Positions 9,092-18,899 are shown, numbered from the stretch's first letter. The stretch: 57,531 bases of DNA from an uncultured candidatus Brocadiaceae bacterium (GCA_964405325.1 CAYONM010000002.1:1-57531), one strand, 5' to 3'. Made by a program: numbers and translations. Notes: generated by a model from the letters alone, not told the origin.

Positions 9092-10327
9092 ATGGACCAC
9101 AATCTGTACGATATCCTGACAGAACGCGACCTGGTCGCGCAGACCACTGATGCTGACATCCGTCAACGCCTGGCCACCCCGCTGAGCGCTTATATTGGTT
9201 TCGACCCCACCGCCGACAGCCTGCATGTCGGATCCATGGTGCCGATCATGGGCCTAACCCACCTGCAACGCTGCGGCCATCAGCCGCTGGTGCTGGTGGG
9301 CGGCGCCACCGGGCTGATCGGCGATCCGTCGGGCAAGACCGAAGCACGGAAAATGCTGACTGCCGCGGACATCGAACACAATGTCCAGCACATCAGCAGC
9401 CAGCTGTCACACTTCCTGCGCTTCGGCGATGGCGAAGCCGACGCGAAGATGCTGAACAATGCCGAATGGATCCAGGATCTGAGCTGGATCGAGGTGCTGC
9501 GTGAATTGGGCCCGCATTTTAGCGTCAACCGCATGCTGACCATGGACAGCGTCAAAGGCCGTATGGAAACCGGGATCAGTTTCCTGGAATTCAATTACAT
9601 GGTCCTGCAGGCCTACGATTTCCATCACCTGCATCAAACCCACGGCTGTACGCTGCAGATGGGCGGGCAGGATCAGTGGGGCAATATCGTCATGGGCATC
9701 GAATTGGCCCGGCGCAAAACCGGTGCCGAACTGGCCGGGCTGACCCTGCCTCTGGTAACCAAATCCGATGGCAGCAAATTCGGCAAGAGCGAAGCGGGCA
9801 ATATCTGGCTGTCTCCTGAGCTGACCCCGGTCTATGAATTCTATCAATTCTGGCGCAATGTCACTGACACCGATGTCGGTCGATTCCTGCGTTTCTTCAC
9901 GTTGCTGGACATGGATGCGATTCGTCGTCTGGAAAATCTGGAAGGCAACCGGATCAACGATGCCAAGGAAGTGCTGGCTCTGGCCGTCACCAGCCTGGTG
10001 CATGGCGAGCAGGCGGCGGTCCAGGCCCAGGCTGATGCCCGCAAGGCCTTCTCCGGCACACAAGACCTGTCTGGCGATAGTATTCCACACGTCAGCTTGC
10101 CGGCAGCGGAACTGGAAGCCGGCATCGGCACCCTGGCCCTGTTCGTGCGCGCCGGGCTCTGCGGCAGCAACAGCGATGCCCGACGTCTGGTCCAGGGCGG
10201 GGGCGCGCGCCTGCACGACCGGGTGCTGCAGGATGTGCGCGGCACAATCACCACGGCCGACATCCAGGACGGCTGCCTGGTGCTGCGCGCCGGCAAGAAA
10301 AAATACTTCCGTTTCGATATTGTCTGA
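9092..10327 (+). CDS. tyrS: Tyrosine--tRNA ligase
   Basis: HIGH-like DSLHVGS, KMSKS-like KFGKSE, C-terminal S4-like domain. Start at MDHNLYDIL. Confidence 0.95.
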   Translation: MDHNLYDILTERDLVAQTTDADIRQRLATPLSAYIGFDPTADSLHVGSMVPIMGLTHLQRCGHQPLVLVGGATGLIGDPSGKTEARKMLTAADIEHNVQHISSQLSHFLRFGDGEADAKMLNNAEWIQDLSWIEVLRELGPHFSVNRMLTMDSVKGRMETGISFLEFNYMVLQAYDFHHLHQTHGCTLQMGGQDQWGNIVMGIELARRKTGAELAGLTLPLVTKSDGSKFGKSEAGNIWLSPELTPVYEFYQFWRNVTDTDVGRFLRFFTLLDMDAIRRLENLEGNRINDAKEVLALAVTSLVHGEQAAVQAQADARKAFSGTQDLSGDSIPHVSLPAAELEAGIGTLALFVRAGLCGSNSDARRLVQGGGARLHDRVLQDVRGTITTADIQDGCLVLRAGKKKYFRFDIV

Positions 10328-10383
10328 AAGACGAGCGCAGAGGCTGCAAAGCAAGGCTAGATGACCGAGAGGATTCCGCTGCG

Positions 10384-11049
10384 ATGACGTATCTGCTGGC
10401 TTGCGAGGTGGTCACCCAAAATGGCAGCATCGCCTGTGTCGCCGATGACGGCACGGAGTTGGATTTCGTCGGCCTCGGCTTCCGCCGTTTCGGCCAGGAG
10501 TTGGTACCAGGCCTGCAGCAATGCCTGCAGCGCTACGGCCGGCCGCGCGCCCTGGCGGTGGCGGTGGGCCCCGGCAGTTTTACCGGTTTGCGCGTCGCGG
10601 TAATCGCCATGCGCACCCTGGCCTGGCTCGAGGACCTGCCGTTGCACGCCGTGGACAGCACCGCCGCTCGTGCGGTGCAAGAAGGCCCCGGCTGCTGGTG
10701 GGTGTGGCAAAGCCTGAAACGCGACACCACATTCCATGCCTGTCATCGAGTCGACAACGACCACCTGCAGACTATCCTGCCGGTCAGCCCCTGCCTGGAT
10801 GAACAACGGCCACCACAGGATGCGATTCCGGCGGAAGCCCGCGTGATCGGCGATGCCCTGGAAGTGAAAGTCGAATTGAAGGCGCATTGGGCTCTGAAGC
10901 GGACCTGCGGTAGCAGCGCGCCCCTGAGCGCCCGTGGCGTGGCCGCGGCAGCACGGTTTTTCCCGGCCAACCCCTGGGAACAGGTCCTGCCGGCCTACCA
11001 TCAGGCCTCGGCACCGGAACTACAACGGCAAGCGAAGGGATCGGCATGA
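10384..11049 (+). CDS. tsaB: tRNA t6A biosynthesis protein TsaB (YeaZ family)
   Basis: GPGSFTGLRV motif and size. Overlaps the alr start (ATGA). Confidence 0.85.
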   Translation: MTYLLACEVVTQNGSIACVADDGTELDFVGLGFRRFGQELVPGLQQCLQRYGRPRALAVAVGPGSFTGLRVAVIAMRTLAWLEDLPLHAVDSTAARAVQEGPGCWWVWQSLKRDTTFHACHRVDNDHLQTILPVSPCLDEQRPPQDAIPAEARVIGDALEVKVELKAHWALKRTCGSSAPLSARGVAAAARFFPANPWEQVLPAYHQASAPELQRQAKGSA

Positions 11050-12131
11050 GCCTCCGCAGCCACATCCACATCGATTCGGCCGCTCTGCGACACAATGTCC
11101 AACAGGTGCAGCAGTGGGCCGGAACGCGCAACATTATCGCCGTGGTCAAAGCCGATGGCTACGGCCTTGGCGCCGAACGGGTGGTACCAATCTACGCCGA
11201 AGCCGGCATCCGACATTATGCTGTGGCCAATATCAACGAAGCGATCCGCCTGCGCACCATCGTGCCAGAAGCACGCTTGGTCATTTTGGGCGAGGTCCTG
11301 GCCGAGGAACGCGAACGCGTCGCGAATATCCAGGCCGAGCCCTGCGTCTCACGCCTGGAGGATGTCTGGGCCTTCGCTCGTTACGGCAGCGAGGAGCAAC
11401 CCCTGGGCCTGCACTGCTTCGTCGACACTGGTATGGGACGCATGGGCTGCCTGCCGGGCGAGGCGATCGGCATCATCAGCGCCATACGCGAGCATCCACG
11501 CCTGCGCCTGACCGGCATCGGCACCCATTATCCGGAAGCCAGCGACGCCGCCTTCAGCACCCGGCAGGAGCAGCAGTTCGCCAAATTGCTAGCGGCCATC
11601 GGCCCGATCCCCGACGACTGCCTGGTACACCTGGCCAACTCCGATGGCCTGCGTCTACGCCCGACCGATTGTGGCAATTCCGCGCGGGTCGGTTTATTAC
11701 TGACCGGCGTCTGCGACGACGCCGAGGCTCGCGAGCGCCTGTTGCCGGCGGTCAGCTGGCACAGCTGCATCACCCTGATCAAGGAATTGCCAGCCGGCCA
11801 TCCGATCAGCTACGGCATGACCTACCACCTCAACAACGACACCATGGTTGCCATCGTTCCGATCGGCTATGCCGATGGCTACCCCACTCTGCTGTCACAC
11901 AAGGCCTCGGTGCTGATCCACGGCAAGCGCTGCCCAGTACTGGGCCGGGTGACCATGGATTATCTGGTTGCCGACATCAGCGGCCTGGACCACCCACATC
12001 TGAGCGACGAGGTGATCATTCTCGGCCGCCAGGGCGAGGAACACATCCGTGCCGAGGAACTGGCACAGATGTCCGGCCTACTGAGTTATGAGATCCTTTG
12101 CAGCCTGAATAAACGCTTCCGCGAGAAATAG
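11046..12131 (+). CDS. alr: Alanine racemase
   Basis: PLP-lysine motif VVKADGYGLG plus full-length similarity pattern. Confidence 0.93.
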   Translation: MSLRSHIHIDSAALRHNVQQVQQWAGTRNIIAVVKADGYGLGAERVVPIYAEAGIRHYAVANINEAIRLRTIVPEARLVILGEVLAEERERVANIQAEPCVSRLEDVWAFARYGSEEQPLGLHCFVDTGMGRMGCLPGEAIGIISAIREHPRLRLTGIGTHYPEASDAAFSTRQEQQFAKLLAAIGPIPDDCLVHLANSDGLRLRPTDCGNSARVGLLLTGVCDDAEARERLLPAVSWHSCITLIKELPAGHPISYGMTYHLNNDTMVAIVPIGYADGYPTLLSHKASVLIHGKRCPVLGRVTMDYLVADISGLDHPHLSDEVIILGRQGEEHIRAEELAQMSGLLSYEILCSLNKRFREK

Positions 12132-12162
12132 ACCAAGACCGGTCCACGCCCCGGCGAGCACC

Positions 12163-12567
12163 TTACAAGTCCACCCGCCGCTCGCCCTGCAAAAAGGCCG
12201 TCAGTACGGGGCGATGCCAGGCACTGATCGCAACCCGGTCCAGCTGCGCAGCCGGCACCCGCGAGAGCGTGCGGCCGGGCTCCAGGCGCCGACAACGAGG
12301 TGGGACCTGGATGCGATAGAACCAGGCGATCAGACGGCCGCTCACCTGCAGGGTCACCGCCGGCAGGCAGGCATCCGCTGGCGGCGCCCAGCCCAGCTCC
12401 TCGTGCAGCTCCCGACACAGGCAGGCCAGGGCGCTCTCGCCTGGCTCCCGGTGGCCACCAAAGCAGGTCAAGCAACCAGCCGCATAACGACTCCGCGACT
12501 GCCGCTGTTCCAACCAAAACCGACCGCAGACATCACGCAGCAGGGCACAGCAGTAGGGCGGATACAT
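12163..12567 (-). CDS. NUDIX hydrolase
   Basis: Nudix box GGHREPGESALACLCRELHEELG. Confidence 0.8.
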   Translation of the reverse strand: MYPPYCCALLRDVCGRFWLEQRQSRSRYAAGCLTCFGGHREPGESALACLCRELHEELGWAPPADACLPAVTLQVSGRLIAWFYRIQVPPRCRRLEPGRTLSRVPAAQLDRVAISAWHRPVLTAFLQGERRVDL

Positions 12568-12619
12568 GTCGGCAGCCTTGGTACAGCAGGCTCCGCGGCA
12601 AGATCGATCCGTTTTCTGG

Positions 12620-13185
12620 CTTGTAACTGCTCAGGGGCTTCGCCCCTACGGTCGATTCGCAAGCGAATCGACCGACCCCCCTGGCTTTGTCTGGGTTCTT
12701 CTGAATCTGCTTTGCAGATTCAGAGGTGGGCGGATCGGCTACGCCGATGGTATCCACCGACCACCCCTCGACGCCAGCCCCATCGCGTGCGATGGGGCCC
12801 CGAATAGGACTGGCAACTGCTCAGGCCCAATGGGCCTGAGCAGTAACCGTCAGTCAACCTTGACGGGTCCCTCAGAGATTGAATTTGGTTTGGTCCAGGC
12901 GAGCGCGTCCAAGCGCGAGACCGGCCGACCGAGGGATGGTTTTTCGGCGAAAATGGCGCGTAGCGCCGCCGAAAAACGCTCGCGCAGCGAGCGAATCCCG
13001 ACCGAGGCCGAGGGGGTGTGCGACGGACGTCGCGAGGGTGCGAAGCCCCCTTTGAGGGACGCGTCAACCTTGATGGGTCCCTGACGGGTCCCTCAGAGGT
13101 CGAATTCGGGTGGACGCGCTCGCCTGGTTCTTATCGGATTCGTGCCGAATTCGACCTGTGAGGGAAGCATCAACCTTATCGCGAG
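12620..13185. repeat. Dense cluster of distinct short palindromes and inverted/direct repeats (REP/BIME-like) in a ~740-bp non-coding gap
   Basis: Hairpins at 12634-12646, 12650-12673, 12701-12723, 12777-12798, 12817-12843, 12940-12976 and 12978-12992. A 20-bp IR lies at 13091-13109/13145-13164. The unit gtcaaccttgaYgggtccctcagag is repeated at 12850 and 13063. Confidence 0.7.
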
Positions 13186-13308
13186 TATCCAGAATCCTGT
13201 CCGTACGACGATGCGGCCAGTGTCATTACACCGCTGCTGGCGAGCGGCCGTCGCTCTGGTGTCATGGGCTTGATGCTGGCATCACAGCTGTCGATCGAAG
13301 GAACCCCC

Positions 13309-13339
13309 AAAAAAACCGGCACCCCGCTTGGGGCACCGG
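13309..13339 (-). terminator. Rho-independent terminator of the PFOR/DHOD-like operon
   Basis: Minus strand reads ccggtgcccc-aagc-ggggtgccgg followed by ttttttt. Confidence 0.7.
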
Positions 13340-13375
13340 TCCGCTTCCGCTCCGTGAGGAGAGCTGTTGCTTGTT

Positions 13376-14374
13376 TCAGAAGCTGGCTTCGTAGCTGCCG
13401 AGCATCTTGATGTAGTTGGCGCGCTGGAAGGCCTCGACGTGACCCACCTTCTTCTGGCTCATGGCGCCCTGCATCTGTTTGACGGATTCGTATTCCTTTT
13501 CCGTCATCCAGGCAGTCAGGTCATCCAACATCACCTTGCAGTGGCCAACACCGCGGTTCAACAAGGCGCTGGCACTCATACAGACATCGGCACCGGCCAG
13601 CAGGGCCTTGGCCATGTCCTTGCCGGAGTGGATGCCACTGGTGGCGGCAAAGCTGGTGTCCAGGCGACCTGCCAGGTTGCTGATCCACAACAAAGGCAGA
13701 CGCAGCTCGGCCGAGGTGCTGTAAGCCAGACGGCTGACCACTTCCAGCTCGTCCAGATCGAAATCCGGCTGATAGAAACGGTTGAACAGCACCAGACCAT
13801 CGGCACCGGCAGCGACCAACTCGGTACAGGTCTGGCCGATGGAGGAGAAGAAGGGGCTGAGCTTCACCGACACGGGAATACTCACCTTGCTCTTCACAGC
13901 CTTCAGCACGTTGATGTAGCGCTGCTCCACGTCGCGGGCATCGGTGTCCTTGGCCGTGGGCAGGTAGTAGACGTTCAATTCCAGAGCGTCGGCACCAGCG
14001 TCCTGGATTTTTTTGCCGTAGTCGACCCAACCTTCGTTGGTAACGCCGTTCAGGCTGCCGATCACCGGGATATCCAATGCTTTTTTGGCCTGAGCAACCT
14101 TGTCGAGGTAGTCGGCCGGGCCGGCTTTGTACTCGGTGGGCTCAGGGAAGAAGGACAGGCTCTCGGCGTAGCTCTCGGTGCCAAACTCCATGAAATGGAC
14201 CATGGAGTCGTCCTCGTGGCGGATCTGCTCTTCAAAGAGCGAGAACATCACCACAGCACTGGCGCCGGCGGCTTGGGCCTCTTTGAGGCTGTCGATGTTT
14301 TCGGATATGGGGCTCGAGGAGACGACCAGCGGGTTTTTCAGCTCGAGGCCCAGGTATTTGGTGGAAAGATCCAT
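13376..14374 (-). CDS. Dihydroorotate dehydrogenase-like (PyrD class 1-like) flavoprotein
   Basis: MDLSTKYLGLELKNPLVVSSSP.. TIM-barrel DHOD-like pattern. aggaa RBS 7 nt before the ATG at 14374. Confidence 0.75.
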   Translation of the reverse strand: MDLSTKYLGLELKNPLVVSSSPISENIDSLKEAQAAGASAVVMFSLFEEQIRHEDDSMVHFMEFGTESYAESLSFFPEPTEYKAGPADYLDKVAQAKKALDIPVIGSLNGVTNEGWVDYGKKIQDAGADALELNVYYLPTAKDTDARDVEQRYINVLKAVKSKVSIPVSVKLSPFFSSIGQTCTELVAAGADGLVLFNRFYQPDFDLDELEVVSRLAYSTSAELRLPLLWISNLAGRLDTSFAATSGIHSGKDMAKALLAGADVCMSASALLNRGVGHCKVMLDDLTAWMTEKEYESVKQMQGAMSQKKVGHVEAFQRANYIKMLGSYEASF

Positions 14375-14535
14375 CGTTGATTCCTGTTTCTTTGAGGGTT
14401 GCGTAGCCACCCGAAATTCCGTTCAAGCGGCGCGAAGCGGGGGAAGCTCGAGGGGGCGCAGCCGAAAGCCCGATAGAATCGAGCAAAGCGAAATCGGGCT
14501 GAAGACATGAGCCCCCTCTGATGCGAAAGACAGGC

Positions 14536-17500
14536 TCAGGCCTTGGCCATCGCCTCCAGCTGCGCCCACTTGGCGTCCACTTCCTTCTGCGCCTGGACCA
14601 TCAACTTCTCGGCGGTGTCGGGATTGGAACGGGTCAGCATCTTGTAGCGGATCTCGGAATAGGCGTAGTCGCGCAGAGCGATCTTTGGCTTGCGCGAATC
14701 CAGCTGGAAGGGGTTCTTGCCGTCATCCGACAGACGCGGGTCAAAGCGGAACAGCGGCCAGTGACCGGATTCCACCGCCATCTTCTGCTGATCCATACCC
14801 TTGACCATGTTGATGCCGTGAGCGATGCAGTGGCTGTAGGCGATGATCAGGCTGGGACCATCGTAGCTCTCGGCTTCGGCCAGGGCCTTCAGGGTTTGGC
14901 GAGCATTGCCGCCCATGGCGATCTTGGCGACGTAGACGTTGCCGTAGGCCATGGCCATCATCGCCAGGTCCTTCTTGCCGGCTGGCTTGCCGCCGGAGGC
15001 AAACTTGGCAACCGCACCCATGGGCGTGGCCTTGGAGGCCTGACCACCGGTGTTGGAGTAGACCTCGGTATCCATGACCAAAACGTTGACGTTGTCGCCA
15101 GAGGCCAGGACGTGATCCAAACCGCCGTAGCCAATGTCATAGGCCCAACCGTCACCACCCATGATCCAGACCGAACGTTTGACCAGATTCTCGACCACGC
15201 TCTTCAGCATGGCCACCTTCTGATCACCATTGGCGGCATCGAGCTTGGTCTTGATCTGGGCAACGCGGGTGCGCTGCGCTTCAATACCGGCTTCGTCGGA
15301 CTGATCAGCTGCCAGCACCGCCTTCACCAGATCGTCACCGATGATCTGCGACAGTTCTTGGCAGAGATCGCGAGCGATCTGGGTCTGCGTATCCACCGCC
15401 AGACGCAAGCCCATACCGAATTCGGCATTGTCCTCGAACAAACTGTTGGACCAGCTGGGACCGCGACCGTCGGCATTGAAAGCCCAAGGTGTGGTGGGCA
15501 GATTGCCACCATAGATGGACGAGCAACCAGTGGCGTTGGCGACCAGCATGCGATCGCCGAACAGCTTGGAGACCAGCCCCACATACGGGGTTTCGCCGCA
15601 GCCGGCGCAGGCGCCGGAGAATTCGAACAGCGGTTCCAGCAGCTGCTGGCCCTTGACCGTATCGCTCTTGACCGCGTTGCGGTCGTTCCAGGGCAGCTGC
15701 TCGAAGAAAGCGATATTTTCGCGGATTTCCGGCAGCTTGCCCAGGTCGTGATGCACCATGTTGATGGCCTTGCGACCGGCGTTCTCCTTGTCCTTGGCCG
15801 GGCAGGCTTCCACGCACAGGCCGCAGCCGGTGCAGTCTTCGGCGTAGATCTGCAGGGTGTAGCGCTGATCGGCGTCGACGTTCTTGCCCACCAGGCCGGC
15901 TTCCTTGAAGCTGGCCGGCTTGCTGGCGCTGTCAGCGGAGGCGTATTCCTTGCAACGGATCACCTGATGCGGGCAGACCACCGAGCAGTTGCCGCACTGG
16001 ATACAGACGTGCTCGTCCCATTCCGGCACGAACTGGGCGACATTGCGTTTCTCCCATTTCGTGGTGCCGGTTGGGAAGGTGCCATCAACCGGCATCTTGG
16101 ACACCGGCAGGTCGTTGCCGTTGTCGACCATGAGCACCGCGGTGACATCCTTGACGAATTGCGGCGCCTGATCACTGACCACCGGCGGCATGACATGCGT
16201 GCTGTCAACCTTGCTGGGCACACTGACCTGATGCAAGTTGGCGATGGAAGCGTCGACCGCAGCGAAATTCTTCTGGACGATCTCCGGGCCCTTCTTGCCG
16301 TAGGTCTTCTCGATCGCCTTCTTGATCTTGTCGATCGCCTCGTCCTTGGGCAGCACGCCGGAAATGGCGAAGAAGCAGGTCTGCATCACGGTGTTGATGC
16401 GGTTGCCCATGCCGTTGTCCTGGGCCACCTGATAGGCATCGATGACGTAGAATTTCAATTGCTTGGCCAGGATGGTCTCCTGCACTCCCTTGGGCAGCGT
16501 GCTCCAGACCTGGTCGGCCGGCACCGAGGTGTTGTACAGGAACACCGCACCCTTGGTCGCAAATTTCAGCATGTCCACCTGTTCGATGAACACGGTCTGA
16601 TGGCAGGCGATGAAATTCGCGCTCTGGATCAGATAGGTACTGCGGATCGGCTTGGGGCCGAAGCGTAGATGGGAAATGGTACGCGAACCGGACTTCTTGG
16701 AGTCGTAGACAAAGTAGCCCTGAGCGTAGTTCTCGGTCTCGTCACCGATGATCTTGATGGAGTTCTTGTTGGCACCAACGGTGCCGTCAGAACCCAGACC
16801 GAAGAACATGGCGCGGACGACGTCGTCACCTTCGGTGATATATTCTTCCACGTCCAGGCTGCTACCAGAGACGTCGTCGATGATGCCAACGGTGAAATGG
16901 TTCTTGCCAGCGCCAGTGGCATTGTCGTACACGGCCTTCATCATGCCTGGCGTGAATTCCTTGGAACTCAGACCATAGCGGCCACCCAGCACCTTGATGT
17001 GGCGGTCCGACTGCTCCATCAGGGCGGTGATCACGTCCTGATACAGCGGCTCACCGGCGGAGCCGGGCTCCTTGCAACGGTCCAGCACGCTCAGCGTCTT
17101 GCAGCTGGCAGGGACGCTCTTCATGAACAGCTCGCCATCCCAGGGGCGATACAGGCGGACCATGATCATGCCCACCTTGCCACCAGCGGCGTTCATGGCG
17201 TCGATCGCCTCCTTGGCGGTTTCCGCACCACTGCCCATGAGCACGCTGACCTGCTCGGCATCGGCAGCGCCGTAATATTCGAAGACATTATATTGCCGAC
17301 CGGTGGCCTTGGCGAATTCGTCCATGCAGTCCTGGACGATGCCGGGCACAGCGGCGTAGAAGGAATTGACGGTCTCGCGACCCTGAAAATACACGTCGGG
17401 ATTCTGCGCGGTACCGCGCACCACCGGCTTTTCCGGATTCAGGGCGCGCTGCCGATGCGCAATCACCAGCTCGTCATCGGTCAGCTGCCGGATGTGTTCG

Positions 17501-18060
17501 TCGGACAGCAGCTCGATCTTGGAGACCTCGTGCGAGGTGCGGAAACCATCGAAATAATGCAGGAAGGGCACGCGGCTCTTCAGGGTGGCCATCTGCGAAA
17601 TCATCGCAAAGTCCTGGGCCTCCTGCACCGAGCAGCTGGAGAGCATCGCGAAGCCGGTCATGCGGGCGCTCATCACGTCGGAATGATCGCCGAAGATCGA
17701 CAGCGCCTGCGCCGCCAGGGAGCGGGCCGACACGTGGAAGACCGTGCAGGTAAGCTCGCCAGCGATCTTGTACATGTTCGGCAGCATCAACAGCAGGCCC
17801 TGGGAGGCGGTGAAGGTGCTGGTGAGGGCACCGGCCTGCAAGGAGCCGTGTACGGCGCCAGACGCGCCGCCTTCGGACTGCAGCTCGCGCACGAGGGGGA
17901 TTTGGCCCCAGATGTTGCGCTTGCCCTCGGCCGACCACTGGTCGGCCCATTCGCCCATGTTGGACGAGGGGGTGATGGGATAGATAGCGCACACCTCGTT
18001 GGTGCGGAAGGCAACGCGGGCGACCGCCTCGTTGCCGTCAATGCATGCCATTTGTGCCAT
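14536..18060 (-). CDS. nifJ: Pyruvate:ferredoxin (flavodoxin) oxidoreductase, 1174 aa
   Basis: Two ferredoxin motifs (CIQCGNCSVVCP, CTGCGLCVEACP), TPP motif GGDGWAYDIG, N-terminal IDGNEAVARVAF. ggag RBS before the ATG at 18060. Confidence 0.95.
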   Translation of the reverse strand: MAQMACIDGNEAVARVAFRTNEVCAIYPITPSSNMGEWADQWSAEGKRNIWGQIPLVRELQSEGGASGAVHGSLQAGALTSTFTASQGLLLMLPNMYKIAGELTCTVFHVSARSLAAQALSIFGDHSDVMSARMTGFAMLSSCSVQEAQDFAMISQMATLKSRVPFLHYFDGFRTSHEVSKIELLSDEHIRQLTDDELVIAHRQRALNPEKPVVRGTAQNPDVYFQGRETVNSFYAAVPGIVQDCMDEFAKATGRQYNVFEYYGAADAEQVSVLMGSGAETAKEAIDAMNAAGGKVGMIMVRLYRPWDGELFMKSVPASCKTLSVLDRCKEPGSAGEPLYQDVITALMEQSDRHIKVLGGRYGLSSKEFTPGMMKAVYDNATGAGKNHFTVGIIDDVSGSSLDVEEYITEGDDVVRAMFFGLGSDGTVGANKNSIKIIGDETENYAQGYFVYDSKKSGSRTISHLRFGPKPIRSTYLIQSANFIACHQTVFIEQVDMLKFATKGAVFLYNTSVPADQVWSTLPKGVQETILAKQLKFYVIDAYQVAQDNGMGNRINTVMQTCFFAISGVLPKDEAIDKIKKAIEKTYGKKGPEIVQKNFAAVDASIANLHQVSVPSKVDSTHVMPPVVSDQAPQFVKDVTAVLMVDNGNDLPVSKMPVDGTFPTGTTKWEKRNVAQFVPEWDEHVCIQCGNCSVVCPHQVIRCKEYASADSASKPASFKEAGLVGKNVDADQRYTLQIYAEDCTGCGLCVEACPAKDKENAGRKAINMVHHDLGKLPEIRENIAFFEQLPWNDRNAVKSDTVKGQQLLEPLFEFSGACAGCGETPYVGLVSKLFGDRMLVANATGCSSIYGGNLPTTPWAFNADGRGPSWSNSLFEDNAEFGMGLRLAVDTQTQIARDLCQELSQIIGDDLVKAVLAADQSDEAGIEAQRTRVAQIKTKLDAANGDQKVAMLKSVVENLVKRSVWIMGGDGWAYDIGYGGLDHVLASGDNVNVLVMDTEVYSNTGGQASKATPMGAVAKFASGGKPAGKKDLAMMAMAYGNVYVAKIAMGGNARQTLKALAEAESYDGPSLIIAYSHCIAHGINMVKGMDQQKMAVESGHWPLFRFDPRLSDDGKNPFQLDSRKPKIALRDYAYSEIRYKMLTRSNPDTAEKLMVQAQKEVDAKWAQLEAMAKA

Positions 18061-18358
18061 GGCCGAATCTCCGTTGCAAATGATTCGCAAGAACAGCAGT
18101 GTTCTGTCACGAATACGTGGGAAGAGCTGAAGGGCAGCAAGGGTAGAGGCCGCTGCACAAAGGCAAATTGGCAAATTTCCAAATCGACCATCGCAAGCCC
18201 CTGGTAGAACCCCTCGTTGGCTTGGTTATGCGCAGAATGAATACCAGGCCACCGCTCTCAGGGTGCGGCTTTGCCGCTTATTGCCTGATTCGACGAATCG
18301 ATTACAGTAAAAGCTTGCGCACTATTGGCACCCAGAAGCCAAAGCGGCCCGCTCATTA

Positions 18359-18415
18359 GAAGCTGAGCGCGCAAAAACTTCGAGCAGAAAAAGTTGTTTT
18401 TGCGGGCTCAGCTTC
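18359..18415. repeat. 57-bp hairpin that looks like an internally deleted family-Y element (both ends only)
   Basis: gaagctgagcgcgcaaaaac..gtttttgcgggctcagcttc. The left arm matches the left end of the copy at 49243. The right arm resembles the Y right end ttttttgacgggccc. Confidence 0.45.
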
Positions 18416-18454
18416 GGGGTCCGAGGGGCCTGCCCCTCGATGTAAGAGCAAAAA

Positions 18455-18504
18455 CCGGGCGCCGACCGATACGATTGAACCCGCGGGTTCCGGGCGGCGC
18501 CCGG
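18455..18504. repeat. 50-bp nested palindrome (family Z), copy 1
   Basis: ccgggcgccg..aacccgcgggtt..cggcgcccgg. A second copy at 49420-49469 has the same outer stem. Confidence 0.65.
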
Positions 18505-18535
18505 TTTGTATCCTGAACGATCGATCCCCGACCAT

Positions 18536-18572
18536 AAAAACAGCCGGATGCCCGCAGGCATCCGGCTGTTTT
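18536..18572. terminator. Bidirectional rho-independent terminator
   Basis: aaaaa-cagccggatgcc-cgca-ggcatccggctg-tttt, 19 bp downstream of the minus-strand gene ending at 18591. Confidence 0.8.
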
Positions 18573-18590
18573 GCGATAACACCGCCAGTT

Positions 18591-18899
18591 TCAGTTGCTG
18601 GGCTCGAGCACCCTCAGAGCGTCGATCTCAATAAAGCGGGGGCCACAGCCGCACTCCTCGTCGTAGCTGGCCAACACACCGATGACGTCGACCGTGTCGC
18701 CCACAGCAACCGCCACATCTTCCGGCAGGGCTGTGACCACCAGCGGCTTGCTATCATTCACCAGCAAAATCCAGACGCTGGAATCGGGCAACTCGACCAG
18801 ATCGAGCATACCGACGATCGCCGGCGGCTCCGGCTCGTCCTGGACCGGTTCGATGGCAACCAGTTCGACGGCGATCACCTGATTCATACTGCTGTACAT
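18591..18899 (-). CDS. Acidic hypothetical protein (102 aa), related to the repeat units of the upstream ORF
   Basis: ORF with a ggaagg RBS before the ATG at 18899. Contains the ..VWILLVND...LPEDVAVAVGD.. unit similar to units in 18900-19305. Confidence 0.5.
   Translation of the reverse strand: MYSSMNQVIAVELVAIEPVQDEPEPPAIVGMLDLVELPDSSVWILLVNDSKPLVVTALPEDVAVAVGDTVDVIGVLASYDEECGCGPRFIEIDALRVLEPSN

Noticed and set aside
12566-13084. 172-aa plus-strand ORF and 115-aa minus-strand ORF across the palindrome cluster
   Set aside because: The sequence is built from hairpins and repeats, and the translated products are low-complexity. No start context is present.
14521-18207. Long plus-strand ORFs (715 aa and 512 aa) antisense to PFOR. 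Similar shadow ORFs occur at 22732-24567, 28568-30766, 32151-33839, 2504-3679 and 13367-14380.
   Set aside because: These are mirror ORFs of strongly supported genes. They have low-complexity GC-biased composition and no start context or recognisable domains.
18455-18504. tRNA-like string (gggttcaatcg / gggttcgatt on the minus strand) inside the family-Z palindromes
   Set aside because: No T-stem complementarity, acceptor stem or anticodon arm can be drawn. It is a palindrome, not a tRNA or tRNA fragment.
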